In this document: positions 36,406-47,704 of the stretch, piece by piece
Layout: each line of letters starts with the position of its first letter
How positions within the stretch are numbered: the first letter of the stretch is position 1
DNA from: Eubacteriales bacterium
Lineage (GTDB): Bacteria > Bacillota > Clostridia > Oscillospirales > CAG-272
DNA: 64,000 nucleotides
Assembly (NCBI GenBank): GCA_034086705.1
Contig: JAXDZV010000030.1
Span: forward strand, 82,933-146,932
Reading direction: 5' to 3'
Program-made: the position numbers and the translations under genes
The notes under the pieces: generated by a model
Told to the model about the DNA's origin: nothing
Seen by the model: only the letters and a program-made list of their open reading frames with translations
Database searches by the model: none

Positions 36406-39400
36406 CTATTCTGATTTTGCCGATATCGCCTGCAGCTCATTCGCATACGTCTGCAAAACAGACAGCACCTGTGAAATCAAATGCGCCTGCCGCTGTGGGC
36501 GAAAGGTAATGTGCGGCTCCTTTCCCATTGTCAAGAAAAGCTTTCCCATCGCATTCTTATCATGATTGATCTGTGCTGTAAATGCGCTCCAAAAAGCTTC
36601 GTCTACCGTGTGCGGCACAAAAATCACAGCATTTTCGCGTTGTTCAATACGTGAAAAGCCAAGAGCTGTTCCAAGTGCACGTAACGCGGAAAGCTGTACC
36701 AGCGAACGTGTCTGCACAGGCAACTTTCCAAATCGGTCGCGCAACTCCTGCTCAATATCATGTGCATCCTCCACCGTTTCGATGCTTGCGATCTTGCGGT
36801 ACAAATCAATACGGTCTGCCGCCTGCGAAACATAAGAAGAAGGTAGGTTTGCATCACACCGGAAAGTGACCGTACATTTTTCGATGGGGCGTACCTGTTC
36901 ACCCTTTTCCGTTAAAATCGCTTCATTGAGCAACTTAATATACAAATCATACCCAACTGCCTCCATGTGCCCGTGTTGCTGCGCACCGAGCACATTGCCG
37001 GCTCCCCGTATTTCAAGATCCCGCATAGCAATTTTGAAACCTGCACCGAATTGCGTATATTCCCGAATTGCCTGCAAACGCTTTGTTGCAACTTCGGAAA
37101 GCACCTTTCCTTTGGGAAAAGTAAAGTACGCGTAGGCACGCCGTCCGGAGCGGCCGATTCTACCGCGAAGCTGATGTAACTGAGAAAGACCCATACAGTC
37201 TGCGTTCTCAATGATAAGCGTATTCGCGTTTGGAATATCTACACCTGTCTCTATGATTGTGGTGCATACAAGAATGTCAATTTCGCCATCAATCATTTGC
37301 TGCCAGATGCGCTCCATCGCATCGCGATCTGTTTTTCCGTGCGCCACAGCTATCCGTGCCTGCGGAATAGCAGCATGAATGCGCGCCGCACACCGATCAA
37401 TATCCTCCACGCGATTATGCAGCCAAAACACTTGCCCGGCGCGGCGCATTTCTTTTTTGAGCGCCTCCGCAAGAATTTGCGCGTCATATTCCAGCACATA
37501 CGTCTGCACCGGCACGCGATCCTGCGGCGCCTCCTCCAAAATACTCATATCGCGAATTCCTGTCATAGACATATGCAAGGTGCGCGGAATAGGTGTTGCA
37601 GTCAACGTGAGAACATCTACGCCCCGCACCAGCTGTTTCAGTTTCTCTTTCTGTGCCACACCAAAGCGTTGTTCCTCATCCACAATAACAAGCCCAAGAT
37701 CATGAAATTGTACGTCTGCACTAAGCAGCCGATGCGTCCCCACAGAGATATCCACTTCTCCCCGGCGAATTCTCCGCAGTGCCTGCTGCATCTGCTTTTG
37801 TGTGCGAAAACGGGAGAGCACCTCCACATTCACCGGGAATCCGCGCATACGCGCCTGCACCGTTTGGAAATGCTGCATTGCAAGAATCGTAGTCGGGCAA
37901 AGCAGGGCAACCTGCTTGCCGTTTTCTACTGCTTTAAAGGCGGCGCGCAGCGCAACCTCTGTTTTGCCATAGCCAACATCGCCGCAAAGCAATCGCTCCA
38001 TAGGAACATTCAGTTCCATGTCTTCCTTGATCTCCTGTGCTGCCTGTAGCTGCCCTGCCGTTTCTTCATATGGAAAGGTCTGCTCAAAATCGCGCTGCAT
38101 CGCATCATCCGGACCAAAAGCAAAGCCAGGTAAACGGCGACGCGCTGCATATAATGCAATTAGTTCTTTTGCCATTTCTCTTGTAGCAGTGCGTACACGA
38201 TTTTTTGTTTTCGTCCACTCACTGCCACCCATCTTGGACAAACGTACCGTGCCATCCTCTGTTCGTGCTCCAATATACTTTGAAACCATGTCCAGCTGAT
38301 CACACGGCACAAAGAGACTATCTCCCCCTGCATACTGCAGCGTTATAAAATCCCTGGTGCACCCGTCGATATCCGTGATGGAACGTAGTCCTTCATAGCG
38401 AGCAATTCCGTGCGTTTCATGCACAACATAATCGCCGACTTGCAAATCCGCGTAGGATGCAATGCGTTCTGCTGCCGTCTTTTTTGAACGGCGTTTGCAC
38501 TGCTGTGCTCCGGCATGCTTTGTTACATACCCGTTGCGTCCTCGGTACAACGAAAGCAATGCAAAACGATCGCGTATCAATAAAAATCCGGCACTATCCA
38601 GCCCTGCAATTAAATACGGAGTTCCTGACTGCAATGTGGAAGGGTCAACCTCAGCAACGGTATCCGGTGCGATTAGATCGTGTTGTTGCAACAGCTCCCG
38701 CACAGTGCGCCTTTGTGTTTCATTTTCGCATAGCAACACAACTCGGTAGCCAGTCGCAGTATATTGCTGTACATCCTCCGCCAAAAGCTCCGGCGACGAA
38801 AGATATCGCACGGACTGTTGCACATCAAAATGAAAGCTGCCGCCCAGGCGCATGCCCGTACTCGTTGTTGCAAAGGCATCCGCAATTACGGCAACCGTCT
38901 TCTCTAAAAACTTCGTGAGTGTGACACGGTTCTTTGCATATACAGCATACTTTCCGCAGAGTACCCCTTGCTCGCACAGAGATGTTGCCGTTTCATTCAT
39001 CTGCCATTCAAAAGCATCCAAACGTGCGCGGCATGCAGCACTATCCAGCAGCAGCACCGCCGCCGTGTTGGAAAAATAGTCCAAAAGAGAGCTACTGTTT
39101 GGATATATCAAAGCACTGTATTTGTCATAAAAAAAATCTTCGGTTCCCGTTTGTAAAGCTGTCAACTCCCTCGAAAGTAGCTGGCGCTGCTCCGTCTGTG
39201 ACGGTTCCAACCGTTTTTCCGCAGACACAATGGCATCTGCAATCCGCTTTTTCGCAGCGGCATCCGGCAACAATTCCCTAGCGGGAAAAACCGAAAAAAC
39301 CGGGATGGCTTCCCCCCGGCGTTGAGATAAAAGGTCAAACGGCGCAATTGTCTCGATTTCGTCTCCAAAAAACTCAATGCGCACCGGCAATTGGCTTTGC

Positions 39401-39981
39401 GGTGAAAAAACATCCACAATGCCGCCACGTCGTGCAAATTGCCCCACACCGTCTACCTGGGTGCACGGCGTATATCCACAGGCCAACAACTGCTGCGTAA
39501 AGGCCTGCGGCTCTATGCTGTCTTTCGGATGCAATGTACAACAAAGCTGTGTGAAATTTTCCCGCGGCATGGTAAACTGCAGGGCTGCATCCGGCGTACT
39601 CAGCACAACATCCGCCTCTGCGTTGCACAACGCAGCAAGTGTGCGCAACCTTTCCTGCTCAAATTCCAAAGAAGCCGTTACCTGCCCGAAATGCAAATCC
39701 CGCAGCGGATATTGAAACACACGCAATCCGCGTGCTGCAAATGCCCGCGCAAAAACTGCTGCATCGCGTTCCTCAGGCAACAACACCAGCATCGGCATCT
39801 CTGCTCCGACTCGCTCAAGCCCCGCTCGCAACGCCACCGCAAATGCCTCGCGTGCCCCTTCGCATAATCCTGTCACAAGCAAAGGATGGGAAATGCTCTT
39901 GCGGCGCTGTGCAGTATAGCATGTCAGCAATTCGGAAAACTCTCCAAGCTGCGCAAAGATATGCTCAGGTAGCAACATCAT
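36406..39981 (-). CDS. mfd: transcription-repair coupling factor
   Basis: 1191 aa with a UvrB-like N-terminus, the CarD-like segment [16 protein letters not shown], superfamily-2 helicase motifs ([18 protein letters not shown]) and a TRCF C-terminal domain. Confidence 0.95.
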   Translation of the reverse strand: MMLLPEHIFAQLGEFSELLTCYTAQRRKSISHPLLVTGLCEGAREAFAVALRAGLERVGAEMPMLVLLPEERDAAVFARAFAARGLRVFQYPLRDLHFGQVTASLEFEQERLRTLAALCNAEADVVLSTPDAALQFTMPRENFTQLCCTLHPKDSIEPQAFTQQLLACGYTPCTQVDGVGQFARRGGIVDVFSPQSQLPVRIEFFGDEIETIAPFDLLSQRRGEAIPVFSVFPARELLPDAAAKKRIADAIVSAEKRLEPSQTEQRQLLSRELTALQTGTEDFFYDKYSALIYPNSSSLLDYFSNTAAVLLLDSAACRARLDAFEWQMNETATSLCEQGVLCGKYAVYAKNRVTLTKFLEKTVAVIADAFATTSTGMRLGGSFHFDVQQSVRYLSSPELLAEDVQQYTATGYRVVLLCENETQRRTVRELLQQHDLIAPDTVAEVDPSTLQSGTPYLIAGLDSAGFLLIRDRFALLSLYRGRNGYVTKHAGAQQCKRRSKKTAAERIASYADLQVGDYVVHETHGIARYEGLRSITDIDGCTRDFITLQYAGGDSLFVPCDQLDMVSKYIGARTEDGTVRLSKMGGSEWTKTKNRVRTATREMAKELIALYAARRRLPGFAFGPDDAMQRDFEQTFPYEETAGQLQAAQEIKEDMELNVPMERLLCGDVGYGKTEVALRAAFKAVENGKQVALLCPTTILAMQHFQTVQARMRGFPVNVEVLSRFRTQKQMQQALRRIRRGEVDISVGTHRLLSADVQFHDLGLVIVDEEQRFGVAQKEKLKQLVRGVDVLTLTATPIPRTLHMSMTGIRDMSILEEAPQDRVPVQTYVLEYDAQILAEALKKEMRRAGQVFWLHNRVEDIDRCAARIHAAIPQARIAVAHGKTDRDAMERIWQQMIDGEIDILVCTTIIETGVDIPNANTLIIENADCMGLSQLHQLRGRIGRSGRRAYAYFTFPKGKVLSEVATKRLQAIREYTQFGAGFKIAMRDLEIRGAGNVLGAQQHGHMEAVGYDLYIKLLNEAILTEKGEQVRPIEKCTVTFRCDANLPSSYVSQAADRIDLYRKIASIETVEDAHDIEQELRDRFGKLPVQTRSLVQLSALRALGTALGFSRIEQRENAVIFVPHTVDEAFWSAFTAQINHDKNAMGKLFLTMGKEPHITFRPQRQAHLISQVLSVLQTYANELQAISAKSE

Positions 39982-40619
39982 GCTCTATCCCCCGCATTAA
40001 CTATAGCAACTGCCGCATCAAATGATCCGCTTACTACCAACTCACACCCGCGAATTAAGTCCTGATACCGGGCAGCTGTTGCGTCCAGTTCCTGCTGCGT
40101 CATTTTCCCAAGCACATACTCTGCCATGGGATACGCCTGGTCCGGCTTTTGCCCAACACCGATCCGTAGCCGCAAATAGGACTGGGTGCCAAGCCTTTCT
40201 GCCACAGAGCGTAACCCTTTTTGGCCGCCATCTGAACCGCCGTGCCGCAAACGCATCCGGCCAATGTCCAAATGCACATCATCGCTGAGAATCAAAATCT
40301 GCTCCGCAGACAGCGTATAATACCGTGCCGCCTGCGCAACAGCATCACCGGAACAGTTCATATATGTTTGCGGTTTCATCAGCAGTACACCCTTTCCCCC
40401 TATCTCTGCACGGCCGACCAATGCACTGAATTTGGCGCGATTGATCTGACAATTCAGAGAAGCTGCCAGCGCATCCAACGCGCGAAAGCCCGCATTATGC
40501 CGTGTTTTTTCATACTGGACACCGGGGTTTCCAAGCCCTGCAATTAAAAAAGAAACACCCAAAGAGGCAGGTGCAGCGTGCTGCCCCTGCAACTTAGCAA
40601 AACAATCCCAAATTGACAC
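39978..40619 (-). CDS. pth: peptidyl-tRNA hydrolase
   Basis: LIAGLGNPGVQYEKTRHNAGF is the signature. There is no in-frame ATG near it, so I place the start at the GTG at 40619, which is 6 nt after GGGGGA. The stop overlaps the mfd start (ATGA). Confidence 0.85.
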   Translation of the reverse strand: MSIWDCFAKLQGQHAAPASLGVSFLIAGLGNPGVQYEKTRHNAGFRALDALAASLNCQINRAKFSALVGRAEIGGKGVLLMKPQTYMNCSGDAVAQAARYYTLSAEQILILSDDVHLDIGRMRLRHGGSDGGQKGLRSVAERLGTQSYLRLRIGVGQKPDQAYPMAEYVLGKMTQQELDATAARYQDLIRGCELVVSGSFDAAVAIVNAGDRA

Positions 40620-40633
40620 TGCGTTTCCCCCGT

Positions 40634-41638
40634 TTATAGTAAAGCAATTCCCGCAGCCGCACAGACAGCACGATCCGCATCGCTCCAAAGAGAAGCCTGG
40701 ACCTCGCCCACGTGTGCTTTTCGAAGGAAAAACATACACATGCGCGATTGACCGATGCCTCCTCCCACAGTCAGCGGCAACTCCCCGCGCAACAACGCAG
40801 CATGAAAGGGTAGCTGTGCACGCTCCGGACATCCTGCTGCCGCTAGTTGTTGTTGCAAAGCAGCCTGGTCAACGCGAATCCCCATAGAAGACAATTCCAA
40901 TGCCGTGTCCAAAATAGGATAATATACTAAAATGTCCCCGTTCAGCGTCCAATCATCATAATCCGGCGCCCGGCCGTCGTGCGGCTTGCCGTCAGAAAGC
41001 ACACCGCCGATTCCTTGCAAGAAGACTGCCCCATATTCGCGACATACTCTGTATTCCCGTTCTTTTGGCGTAAGATCGGGATACATCCGGCATAGTTGTT
41101 CCGCATGTATAAACGTTATATCCTCCGGCAAAAGCGATGCGCCGAAATCATAGTCTTCGTCCACATATCGTCCGGTATGCCGCAAAGCCCGATACACACG
41201 GCGCACCATATGATGCAGCCCTTCCTCGTTTCGTTCTTGCGGGGTGATGATGCGTTCCCAATCCCACTGGTCGACAAAAAGCGAATGAAGATTGTCTCGC
41301 TGCTCGTCACGACGGATTGCGTTCATATCCGCATACAGCCCTTGCCCCGGAGCAAATCCGTATTGCCGTAATGCATACCGCTTCCATTTTGCCAGCGAAT
41401 GCACAACCTCACACCGCTCTGTTTCTCCAGGCACGTCAAAACTGACAGGACGCTCCGTGCCATTCAAATCATCATTTAAGCCGGAGTCATGTGTTACAAA
41501 CAGTGGCGCGGAAACACGCGTCAGATTCAGCTGAATCGCAAGATCCCGTTCAAAAAAATCTTTCACTTTTTTAATTGCCAGTTCCGTATGACGCAAATCC
41601 AGCTTGGAGATATACTCTGAAGGAATTATTACACTCAT
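40634..41638 (-). CDS. asnA: aspartate--ammonia ligase
   Basis: 334 aa. The N-terminus ...LDLRHTELAIKKVKDFFERDLAIQLNLTRVSAPLFV and the class-II aaRS-like core are typical of AsnA. Confidence 0.9.
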   Translation of the reverse strand: MSVIIPSEYISKLDLRHTELAIKKVKDFFERDLAIQLNLTRVSAPLFVTHDSGLNDDLNGTERPVSFDVPGETERCEVVHSLAKWKRYALRQYGFAPGQGLYADMNAIRRDEQRDNLHSLFVDQWDWERIITPQERNEEGLHHMVRRVYRALRHTGRYVDEDYDFGASLLPEDITFIHAEQLCRMYPDLTPKEREYRVCREYGAVFLQGIGGVLSDGKPHDGRAPDYDDWTLNGDILVYYPILDTALELSSMGIRVDQAALQQQLAAAGCPERAQLPFHAALLRGELPLTVGGGIGQSRMCMFFLRKAHVGEVQASLWSDADRAVCAAAGIALL

Positions 41639-41710
41639 TGTTTCTTCTCTTTTCGTTTCTTAAATTTTTGTGCAGACTAGTGCCCCAGTTGTCATTGAAT
41701 ATTCGCATGT

Positions 41711-42433
41711 TTATTTATATTCCGCCCCGGCATCTCGGTGTAAATCGCCGCGCAGCACACGAACAGCACGCTCCGGTGCATCCTTGGCGTCATACCAAGG
41801 CTCCTCTTGATAACGATAATCAAATTTCTTGCAATACCAATCAACATCCTTTTGCAGCTTATCCAAATATGCAATTTCTTGCACGGAAATCGCATCATAA
41901 AACTCCGCCATGCGTTTTTTGGAAAGCCCACGACGTGCTGCTGTCAAAAAAGCCTCATAGTGCGGCAGACAAAAATATGGCTGTTTTTCCGTTTTTTTGC
42001 GAAATTCTGCATCTGTATCCCACAAATATACAGCTGTATCAAGCATATGCTCCATCCAGTTGGTAAGACGATCACACACATAACAGCTCTGCAGCACGGT
42101 TTGCAGTTTTTCCTGCTGCACCGTACCGGGTGCACGTAAAGGACTACGCTGCTTTTGCCCCTGAATGAGCCGCTCAAGGTGTGTTTGTAGCGTCAGCATC
42201 ATCGGTAGCCGCTTACGCCGATGCAACATCATATCGTAATGTGTACGGCAAAAACCCTTTGCGTTGGTAATCATACGGATATCCTCTTCCATCATAGAAG
42301 CCCCTAAAATCGTATCGACTTCGGTATCCTCCAAGCGATTAAACAGCGCGCAAAATGGACAGCCGCAGCCCGCATCCGCCGCAGATGCATCAAACACCTC
42401 GTTAATTGGTATGGTATACAGTTTTTCTGCCAT
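41711..42433 (-). CDS. conserved Cys-rich hypothetical protein
   Basis: 240 aa with GCGCPFC near the N-terminus, a later CYVCD, and FCRTH/FCLPH pairs. No enzymatic motif recognised. Confidence 0.55.
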   Translation of the reverse strand: MAEKLYTIPINEVFDASAADAGCGCPFCALFNRLEDTEVDTILGASMMEEDIRMITNAKGFCRTHYDMMLHRRKRLPMMLTLQTHLERLIQGQKQRSPLRAPGTVQQEKLQTVLQSCYVCDRLTNWMEHMLDTAVYLWDTDAEFRKKTEKQPYFCLPHYEAFLTAARRGLSKKRMAEFYDAISVQEIAYLDKLQKDVDWYCKKFDYRYQEEPWYDAKDAPERAVRVLRGDLHRDAGAEYK

Positions 42434-42531
42434 TTTTCGTGGGTCCTTTCTTGCATTTTTTTATGCTGCACGGTATAATAATAGAAGGCGCCTATGCGCA
42501 ATTTTCGGTAAAATGGAATCGAGGGTCTCAC

Positions 42532-43230
42532 ATGGTATTGGATCATACACAAACCACCGTCGGATACCGCTGTCCCGCATGCGGAACCGGTGTCATCAGC
42601 ATTGTCGGTATCTTCAAGCTCAGCGGAGATCTGATCCGGCTGAAATGTCCCTGCGGCGGCAGCGAACTGCAGCTTTGCTATACAAAGGACAGAAAGATTC
42701 GGCTGACGGTGCCGTGCCTTGTCTGCCCGCGTCCGCACGTCGCGGTGCTGTCACAGAATACCTTTTTCGAAAATAAACTCTTCACATTGCCGTGCTCACT
42801 TTCCGGCCTGGATATCTGCTTTATCGGGGACAAAGATCAGGTGTGTGCAGCAATGGACCGTGCGGAAGAAGAATTGCTGAATGTTCTGCGACAAGCCGGC
42901 CTTGAGCCGGGAGATTCCCTGCAAAACGTCGCCGCACAGCAGACAGACGCGGAGCAAAACCTCAATCAGGAGCAAACAGACTTCTCACCAGAATTGAATT
43001 TTCCGGATAATCACATTCATGATCTTGTGCATTTTGTAGTGCGAGATTTGGAAGCAGAAGGAAAAATCTATTGCGGCTGTGCAGCAGGGCAAGGATCTTA
43101 TTTGCTGATACCGCAAGGCGATCATGTCACCGTTCACTGTGAAAAGTGCGGCAGAGAACGGCAAATTCCCTGCAACAATTCTTTATTTGCCAACGCGTTT
43201 TTGGAATATGATTCCTTAACGCTGGAATAA
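42532..43230 (+). CDS. zinc-ribbon-containing hypothetical protein
   Basis: 232 aa from the ATG at 42532 (RBS GAGGG). CPACG...CPCGG at the N-terminus and CGC...CEKCG at the C-terminus suggest two zinc-ribbon modules. Confidence 0.5.
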   Translation: MVLDHTQTTVGYRCPACGTGVISIVGIFKLSGDLIRLKCPCGGSELQLCYTKDRKIRLTVPCLVCPRPHVAVLSQNTFFENKLFTLPCSLSGLDICFIGDKDQVCAAMDRAEEELLNVLRQAGLEPGDSLQNVAAQQTDAEQNLNQEQTDFSPELNFPDNHIHDLVHFVVRDLEAEGKIYCGCAAGQGSYLLIPQGDHVTVHCEKCGRERQIPCNNSLFANAFLEYDSLTLE

Positions 43231-43245
43231 CTCTTTGCCCGGTTT

Positions 43246-43278
43246 CAAGCCGAGATAAGCGTTGCTTATCTCGGCTTG
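43246..43278. terminator. strong hairpin at convergent gene ends (possible terminator)
   Basis: Perfect 15-bp stem CAAGCCGAGATAAGC-gtt-GCTTATCTCGGCTTG. There is no clear T-run on either side, and the 3' arm contains the stop codon of the minus-strand gene. Confidence 0.4.
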
Positions 43279-44312
43279 GTCTGTTGATAGCCAATTAAAA
43301 GCAAGATCAAGCTGGCAAGCAGCGCGATACCAAGTAACACTAAAACAATCGTACGCTGTGAGATTTCATACCGTTCAAAAAAGCTTTGCTGCGTCTGGTA
43401 GACAGGCTCTTCACTTTCCGCATCGGCAGCGCTTTGCATAGCATCCTGCTTCGCAGCTCCCAAATTAGCGGTACTTTCCGGAACATTCTCCGTAACTTCT
43501 TCCGGCGCTGCAAGTGACAGCGCCCACTGCAAGAGAGCATCGTCAGCGAAGACTTTGGTATACAGCATCTGCTCCGATGCAATAACCTCCGTCACCGACG
43601 CAGTCTTGCTGTCTGTTAGCGCCGTCTGTAGCATGCGAAGCGCCGCTACCTTTACAGTGTCGGTATCCTCCGAAGCATAATATGCCCGCAAATTCTGCGC
43701 GGCATATTGCTTTGCCAAAGATGCATCTGCCGCACCGCCAACAGATATGCCTGCCATAAAAGTATCTGCATATCTGCCAAGCAAGTCAAAAACCATTGTG
43801 CCCCCTTCGCCAACACCAAGCAAAGAAATATGTGTGCTGTCAATGCTGTATTTTTGCAGAATTTGTTGCTGCAAAAGCTCCATGAAAATTTCCTGTGCCG
43901 GCGTCTGCCCATCTGTATAAAAGGTATATTTCCCACTGGAGGGATCTGGTCTGACCCAGCTTTCCTCCGATGGACACTGCGGAATCAGAACAAAAACGTC
44001 CGAATAAGCTTTAGATTGCGTCAGCTGTTGTAAAAGACGCAGTTTTTCAGAATACGCAACGGACGCAGTATTATCGCTGCCACGTCCCTCTGTATCGTGA
44101 AAATATACAAGCAAATTGTAGCTACGGCTTTTGTCATAATTCTCCGGTACAAGCAGCCGATAACTCATTTGGCGTAAAGAAGTCGTCGTGCTTTCATAGA
44201 CCTCAGCTTGCGTGCATGTGGTCAAATCTACACCGTTGACATGCAGCGGCACGTAGCAAACCAGCAGTAGTGCTATAAAGAAAACAACAATATACGTATT
44301 ACATTTTCTCAT
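43266..44312 (-). CDS. membrane-anchored esterase/peptidase-like alpha/beta hydrolase
   Basis: Start at the ATG at 44312 (RBS AAAGGAA), giving an N-terminal TM/signal helix. A hydrolase-like core follows (LLVYFHD..., LLGVGEGG), then a C-terminal TM helix (VLVLLGIALLASLILLLIG). Confidence 0.5.
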   Translation of the reverse strand: MRKCNTYIVVFFIALLLVCYVPLHVNGVDLTTCTQAEVYESTTTSLRQMSYRLLVPENYDKSRSYNLLVYFHDTEGRGSDNTASVAYSEKLRLLQQLTQSKAYSDVFVLIPQCPSEESWVRPDPSSGKYTFYTDGQTPAQEIFMELLQQQILQKYSIDSTHISLLGVGEGGTMVFDLLGRYADTFMAGISVGGAADASLAKQYAAQNLRAYYASEDTDTVKVAALRMLQTALTDSKTASVTEVIASEQMLYTKVFADDALLQWALSLAAPEEVTENVPESTANLGAAKQDAMQSAADAESEEPVYQTQQSFFERYEISQRTIVLVLLGIALLASLILLLIGYQQTKPR

Positions 44313-45486
44313 GTTGACTGTTCCTTTCGCGTGAATTAGGATTCGCCTTGCTCCCATCGGGCTCGTTTTTGAAATACTGATACAGTGTACAGCGCAGCAT
44401 ACCGTTATATAGTCGTCTGCGTTTATCAGCCTTTCTGCCATAAATTCGCTCAAATTCCGCATCTGCTGTCAAAATATAGATCTGCCAGCGATCCAACGTG
44501 CGAAAATGCGCCCCCATCTTCCGATACAGTATCTGCGCCTGGACAGAATCCAGCATTCGCTCACCGTAGGGTGGATTGCAAACAACGGTGCCACGCCGCC
44601 CCTGTGTTTGAATTGTCAGCGCATCCTGACAAAAGCAGTGAAGTTGTCCGGCAACGCCCGCACGTGCTGCGTTTGCACCAGCAAGTGCCACCATATCCGG
44701 GTCAATATCGCTCGCATATACGGTAAAATCACTGGAACACCGCGCTGCGCGCGCCTCTTCCCGCGCACGGGGAAACAACGTATGCGGCAGCGCATCAAAC
44801 GACTCCGCCGCAAAACTGCGGCCAAGCCCCGGCGCTGTATTGGTCATCAAAAGTGCAGCTTCGATTGCAATTGTACCACTCCCGCAAAAAGGATCCCAAA
44901 ACAACACCTCCGCACGTGGCCTTGCCAGGCGGGCAATGGCTGCTGCCAGCGTTTCCCGCAGCGGTGCCTCCCCCGCGTGTTGACGCCAACCACGTTTGTG
45001 CAACGGCGTACCGGATAGATCAATCATCAAATCTGCCTGATCACGCAAAATAAAAAACACTATCTGATATTTTGCATGCTCTTCAGGAAACCATTGTATC
45101 CCATAATGCGCACCTAATCGATCCACAACCGCTTTTTTGACTATCTTTTGACAGTCCGGCAAACTGAACAAGCGGCTCTTGAGAGCATGTCCGCTGACCG
45201 GAAATGCGTCCTCAGGCCCGATCCAATCTTCCCAGGGCAGCGCGCGACAGCCATCATATAGCTGTGTAAAACTTTCCGCTGTAAAAGTACCAAGCAGCAA
45301 ATACAGCCGTTCCGCATACCGTAACCAAATATTGCACCTTGCTATTGCTTCCAAAGAACCGCGAAAGGTAACCCTGCCGTCAATCGTGGAAAGCCGCTCA
45401 TATCCCAGCGCATCGATTTCCGCGCCAAGCAGGCTTTCCAGTCCAAACAGACAAGTTGCTACCAAAGTAACCATTGTCTGTGCCAT
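44299..45486 (-). CDS. THUMP-domain class I SAM-dependent RNA methyltransferase (RlmL/YpsC-like)
   Basis: 395 aa with an N-terminal THUMP-like region, DPFCGSGT (SAM motif I) and NPPYGERM (motif IV). Confidence 0.8.
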   Translation of the reverse strand: MAQTMVTLVATCLFGLESLLGAEIDALGYERLSTIDGRVTFRGSLEAIARCNIWLRYAERLYLLLGTFTAESFTQLYDGCRALPWEDWIGPEDAFPVSGHALKSRLFSLPDCQKIVKKAVVDRLGAHYGIQWFPEEHAKYQIVFFILRDQADLMIDLSGTPLHKRGWRQHAGEAPLRETLAAAIARLARPRAEVLFWDPFCGSGTIAIEAALLMTNTAPGLGRSFAAESFDALPHTLFPRAREEARAARCSSDFTVYASDIDPDMVALAGANAARAGVAGQLHCFCQDALTIQTQGRRGTVVCNPPYGERMLDSVQAQILYRKMGAHFRTLDRWQIYILTADAEFERIYGRKADKRRRLYNGMLRCTLYQYFKNEPDGSKANPNSRERNSQHEKM

Positions 45487-45489
45487 TTT

Positions 45490-46584
45490 TTATCCCTGCT
45501 CCAAAATATCTGCAATTCTGCGGCACGCATATCCGTCTCCATAAGGATTGGACGCCGTTGCCATCGCATGGTACGCCTGTGAGTCCTCCAAAAGCGTTTT
45601 AAAGTTCCGATATATAGTTTGCTCATCGGTTCCGACCAGCTTTAGTGTCCCTGCCTGTATCCCTTCCGGTCGTTCCGTGGTGTCCCGCATAACGAGTACC
45701 GGTTTCCCAAGCGAAGGCGCCTCCTCCTGAATTCCACCGGAATCCGTCAGAATCAGATAGCTTCGCGCCATAATATTATGGCAATCTAAAACCTCCAGCG
45801 GATCAATTATATGAATCCGGTCACAATTTCCAAGCTCTTCTGCAGCTGCGGCCCGTACAACGGGATTCATATGAATTGGATAAAGCGCTTTCACATCCGG
45901 ATGTTCTTCCATCACGCGACGGATCGCACGAAACATATGATGCATCGGTTCTCCTAAATTTTCCCGCCGGTGTGCGGTAATCAAAATCAGCCGCGCCCCT
46001 TCTGCCCAGCGCAATTCCGGATGTGTATAATCGTCGCGCACGGTTGTACGCAACGCGTCAATTGCCGTATTTCCCGTTACATAAATACTGTCTGCTTTTT
46101 TCCCTTCTTTGAGCAAATGTTCACGTGCCAGCGCCGTCGGTGCAAAATGATATTTCGCCACAATGGAAACAGCCTGCCGGTTAAACTCCTCCGGATACGG
46201 AGAATAGATATCGTAAGTACGCAAACCGGCCTCCACGTGTCCTACTGGAATTTGCAGATAAAAACATGCAAGCGCCGTCGCAAACGTGGTAGAAGTGTCT
46301 CCATGCACAAGCACTACATCCGGTTTTTCCTTTTCCAATACAGCACGGATGCTGTTTAATATTCCAACGGTAATATCAAACAGCGTCTGCTTTTCCTTCA
46401 TAATCGACAAATCATAATCCGGTTCAACCGCAAACGCATGCAAAACCTGATCCAGCATTTGCCGATGCTGACCGGTTACACAGACAAGCGTTCGCAGCGA
46501 AGCACGGCTTTTCAGCTCTTGTACCAACGGGCACATTTTTATGGCCTCCGGGCGGGTGCCAAATACAAGCATAATAGTTTTCAT
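45490..46584 (-). CDS. wecB: UDP-N-acetylglucosamine 2-epimerase (non-hydrolysing)
   Basis: Start at the ATG at 46584 (RBS GAGAGGGAAAA). VFGTRPEAIKM, HGDTSTT, HVEAGLRT and TDSGGIQEE are the family motifs. Confidence 0.9.
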   Translation of the reverse strand: MKTIMLVFGTRPEAIKMCPLVQELKSRASLRTLVCVTGQHRQMLDQVLHAFAVEPDYDLSIMKEKQTLFDITVGILNSIRAVLEKEKPDVVLVHGDTSTTFATALACFYLQIPVGHVEAGLRTYDIYSPYPEEFNRQAVSIVAKYHFAPTALAREHLLKEGKKADSIYVTGNTAIDALRTTVRDDYTHPELRWAEGARLILITAHRRENLGEPMHHMFRAIRRVMEEHPDVKALYPIHMNPVVRAAAAEELGNCDRIHIIDPLEVLDCHNIMARSYLILTDSGGIQEEAPSLGKPVLVMRDTTERPEGIQAGTLKLVGTDEQTIYRNFKTLLEDSQAYHAMATASNPYGDGYACRRIADILEQG

Positions 46585-46606
46585 CCAATTTTCCCTCTCT
46601 TTTTTC

Positions 46607-47698
46607 TTAAGTTGTAGCACCGTTGCCCGGTGCAATCGCACACAGTATCCGCTCCAGCAACAACTGTTTTGGAAGCATAGTATATTTCATTTGATAATCG
46701 ATTTTTGCAGCATACGAAACCAGCTCCTGCAGTTCCTCTATACGATAATTGACAAGCCCGCGCTGCAAAATGGCAACCCTGCCCGGTTTCATATGAAACA
46801 TTTTCGCAATCTGTGCAGGTGCATATCCGTCTGCCACAGCACAAGCAACGCGATGCAAATCCAGCAGCACGCCAAGCACCTGTGCAAATATCTGAATTTC
46901 ATCTGCTCGGTCGCGTCTTGCCAAACGATACTCCATAAACGCTTGGTCTACACGTCGGCGCAAAATTGCATCTGAAAGACCAAATGCCTGCCCTTGCAGA
47001 TTATACGGGCAAATAAACTGTACCGACTGCGGCGTTGCTTCCTTGTTTCCCGTCGCCTTGACATAGGCGCAAACCTTGCCGATTTCGCCGTCTAATGCAT
47101 CCATATGCCGCCCAACTCTGTCAAGCAACATTGTCACAGTCTGCACATCGGCTTCTATTCCCTGCTTTTGAAAGTGTCTTCGACACCACGGAATCAGTTT
47201 TTCCCGCGGCTGTAAAGAAAACACATACGGTGTACAAACAGCGCAAAGTGCTTTCCATAATGGCGACTGTAAAGCACGATAATCCTGTGTGGGAAGCTCT
47301 TCTTCGCTCAAAAGCATGACAAACGCTGTATCTTGCTGCTGCATAATATCGGAAAGCAGCGTGCAAAAAGCATCCAACTCTGTACGACGCATCTCACGCA
47401 ACATAGGCTCCGAGAGCTCTACCAACTTCACCGGGCCACATACCGGTAAACTTGCAAAGGCGCGCTCCAGCCGCCTAAGCAGCGGTTCTTCCGTTTTATC
47501 ACTTCCACGCAAACGAATATGGTCAAACATTCGTGCGCTTTCATCCGGCACCAGGCGATCTCGCAACCGTTCCAAATAATATCGCTTGAGATACTCCTCC
47601 TCGCCACACAGGAAAAAGCAGCCGCATGGCATCTGCTCTGCCCGCAGTTGCCTTTGAAGACGTGCAGAAGCGTCTTCTTCTTTCTTGTAAGCAGCCAA
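46607..47698 (-). CDS. holA: DNA polymerase III delta subunit
   Basis: 363 aa. Size, the N-terminal FFLCGEEEYL motif and the helical C-terminal region are typical of HolA. The assignment is by eye. Confidence 0.7.
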   Translation of the reverse strand: MAAYKKEEDASARLQRQLRAEQMPCGCFFLCGEEEYLKRYYLERLRDRLVPDESARMFDHIRLRGSDKTEEPLLRRLERAFASLPVCGPVKLVELSEPMLREMRRTELDAFCTLLSDIMQQQDTAFVMLLSEEELPTQDYRALQSPLWKALCAVCTPYVFSLQPREKLIPWCRRHFQKQGIEADVQTVTMLLDRVGRHMDALDGEIGKVCAYVKATGNKEATPQSVQFICPYNLQGQAFGLSDAILRRRVDQAFMEYRLARRDRADEIQIFAQVLGVLLDLHRVACAVADGYAPAQIAKMFHMKPGRVAILQRGLVNYRIEELQELVSYAAKIDYQMKYTMLPKQLLLERILCAIAPGNGATT

Positions 47699-47704
47699 GC
47701 ACCC

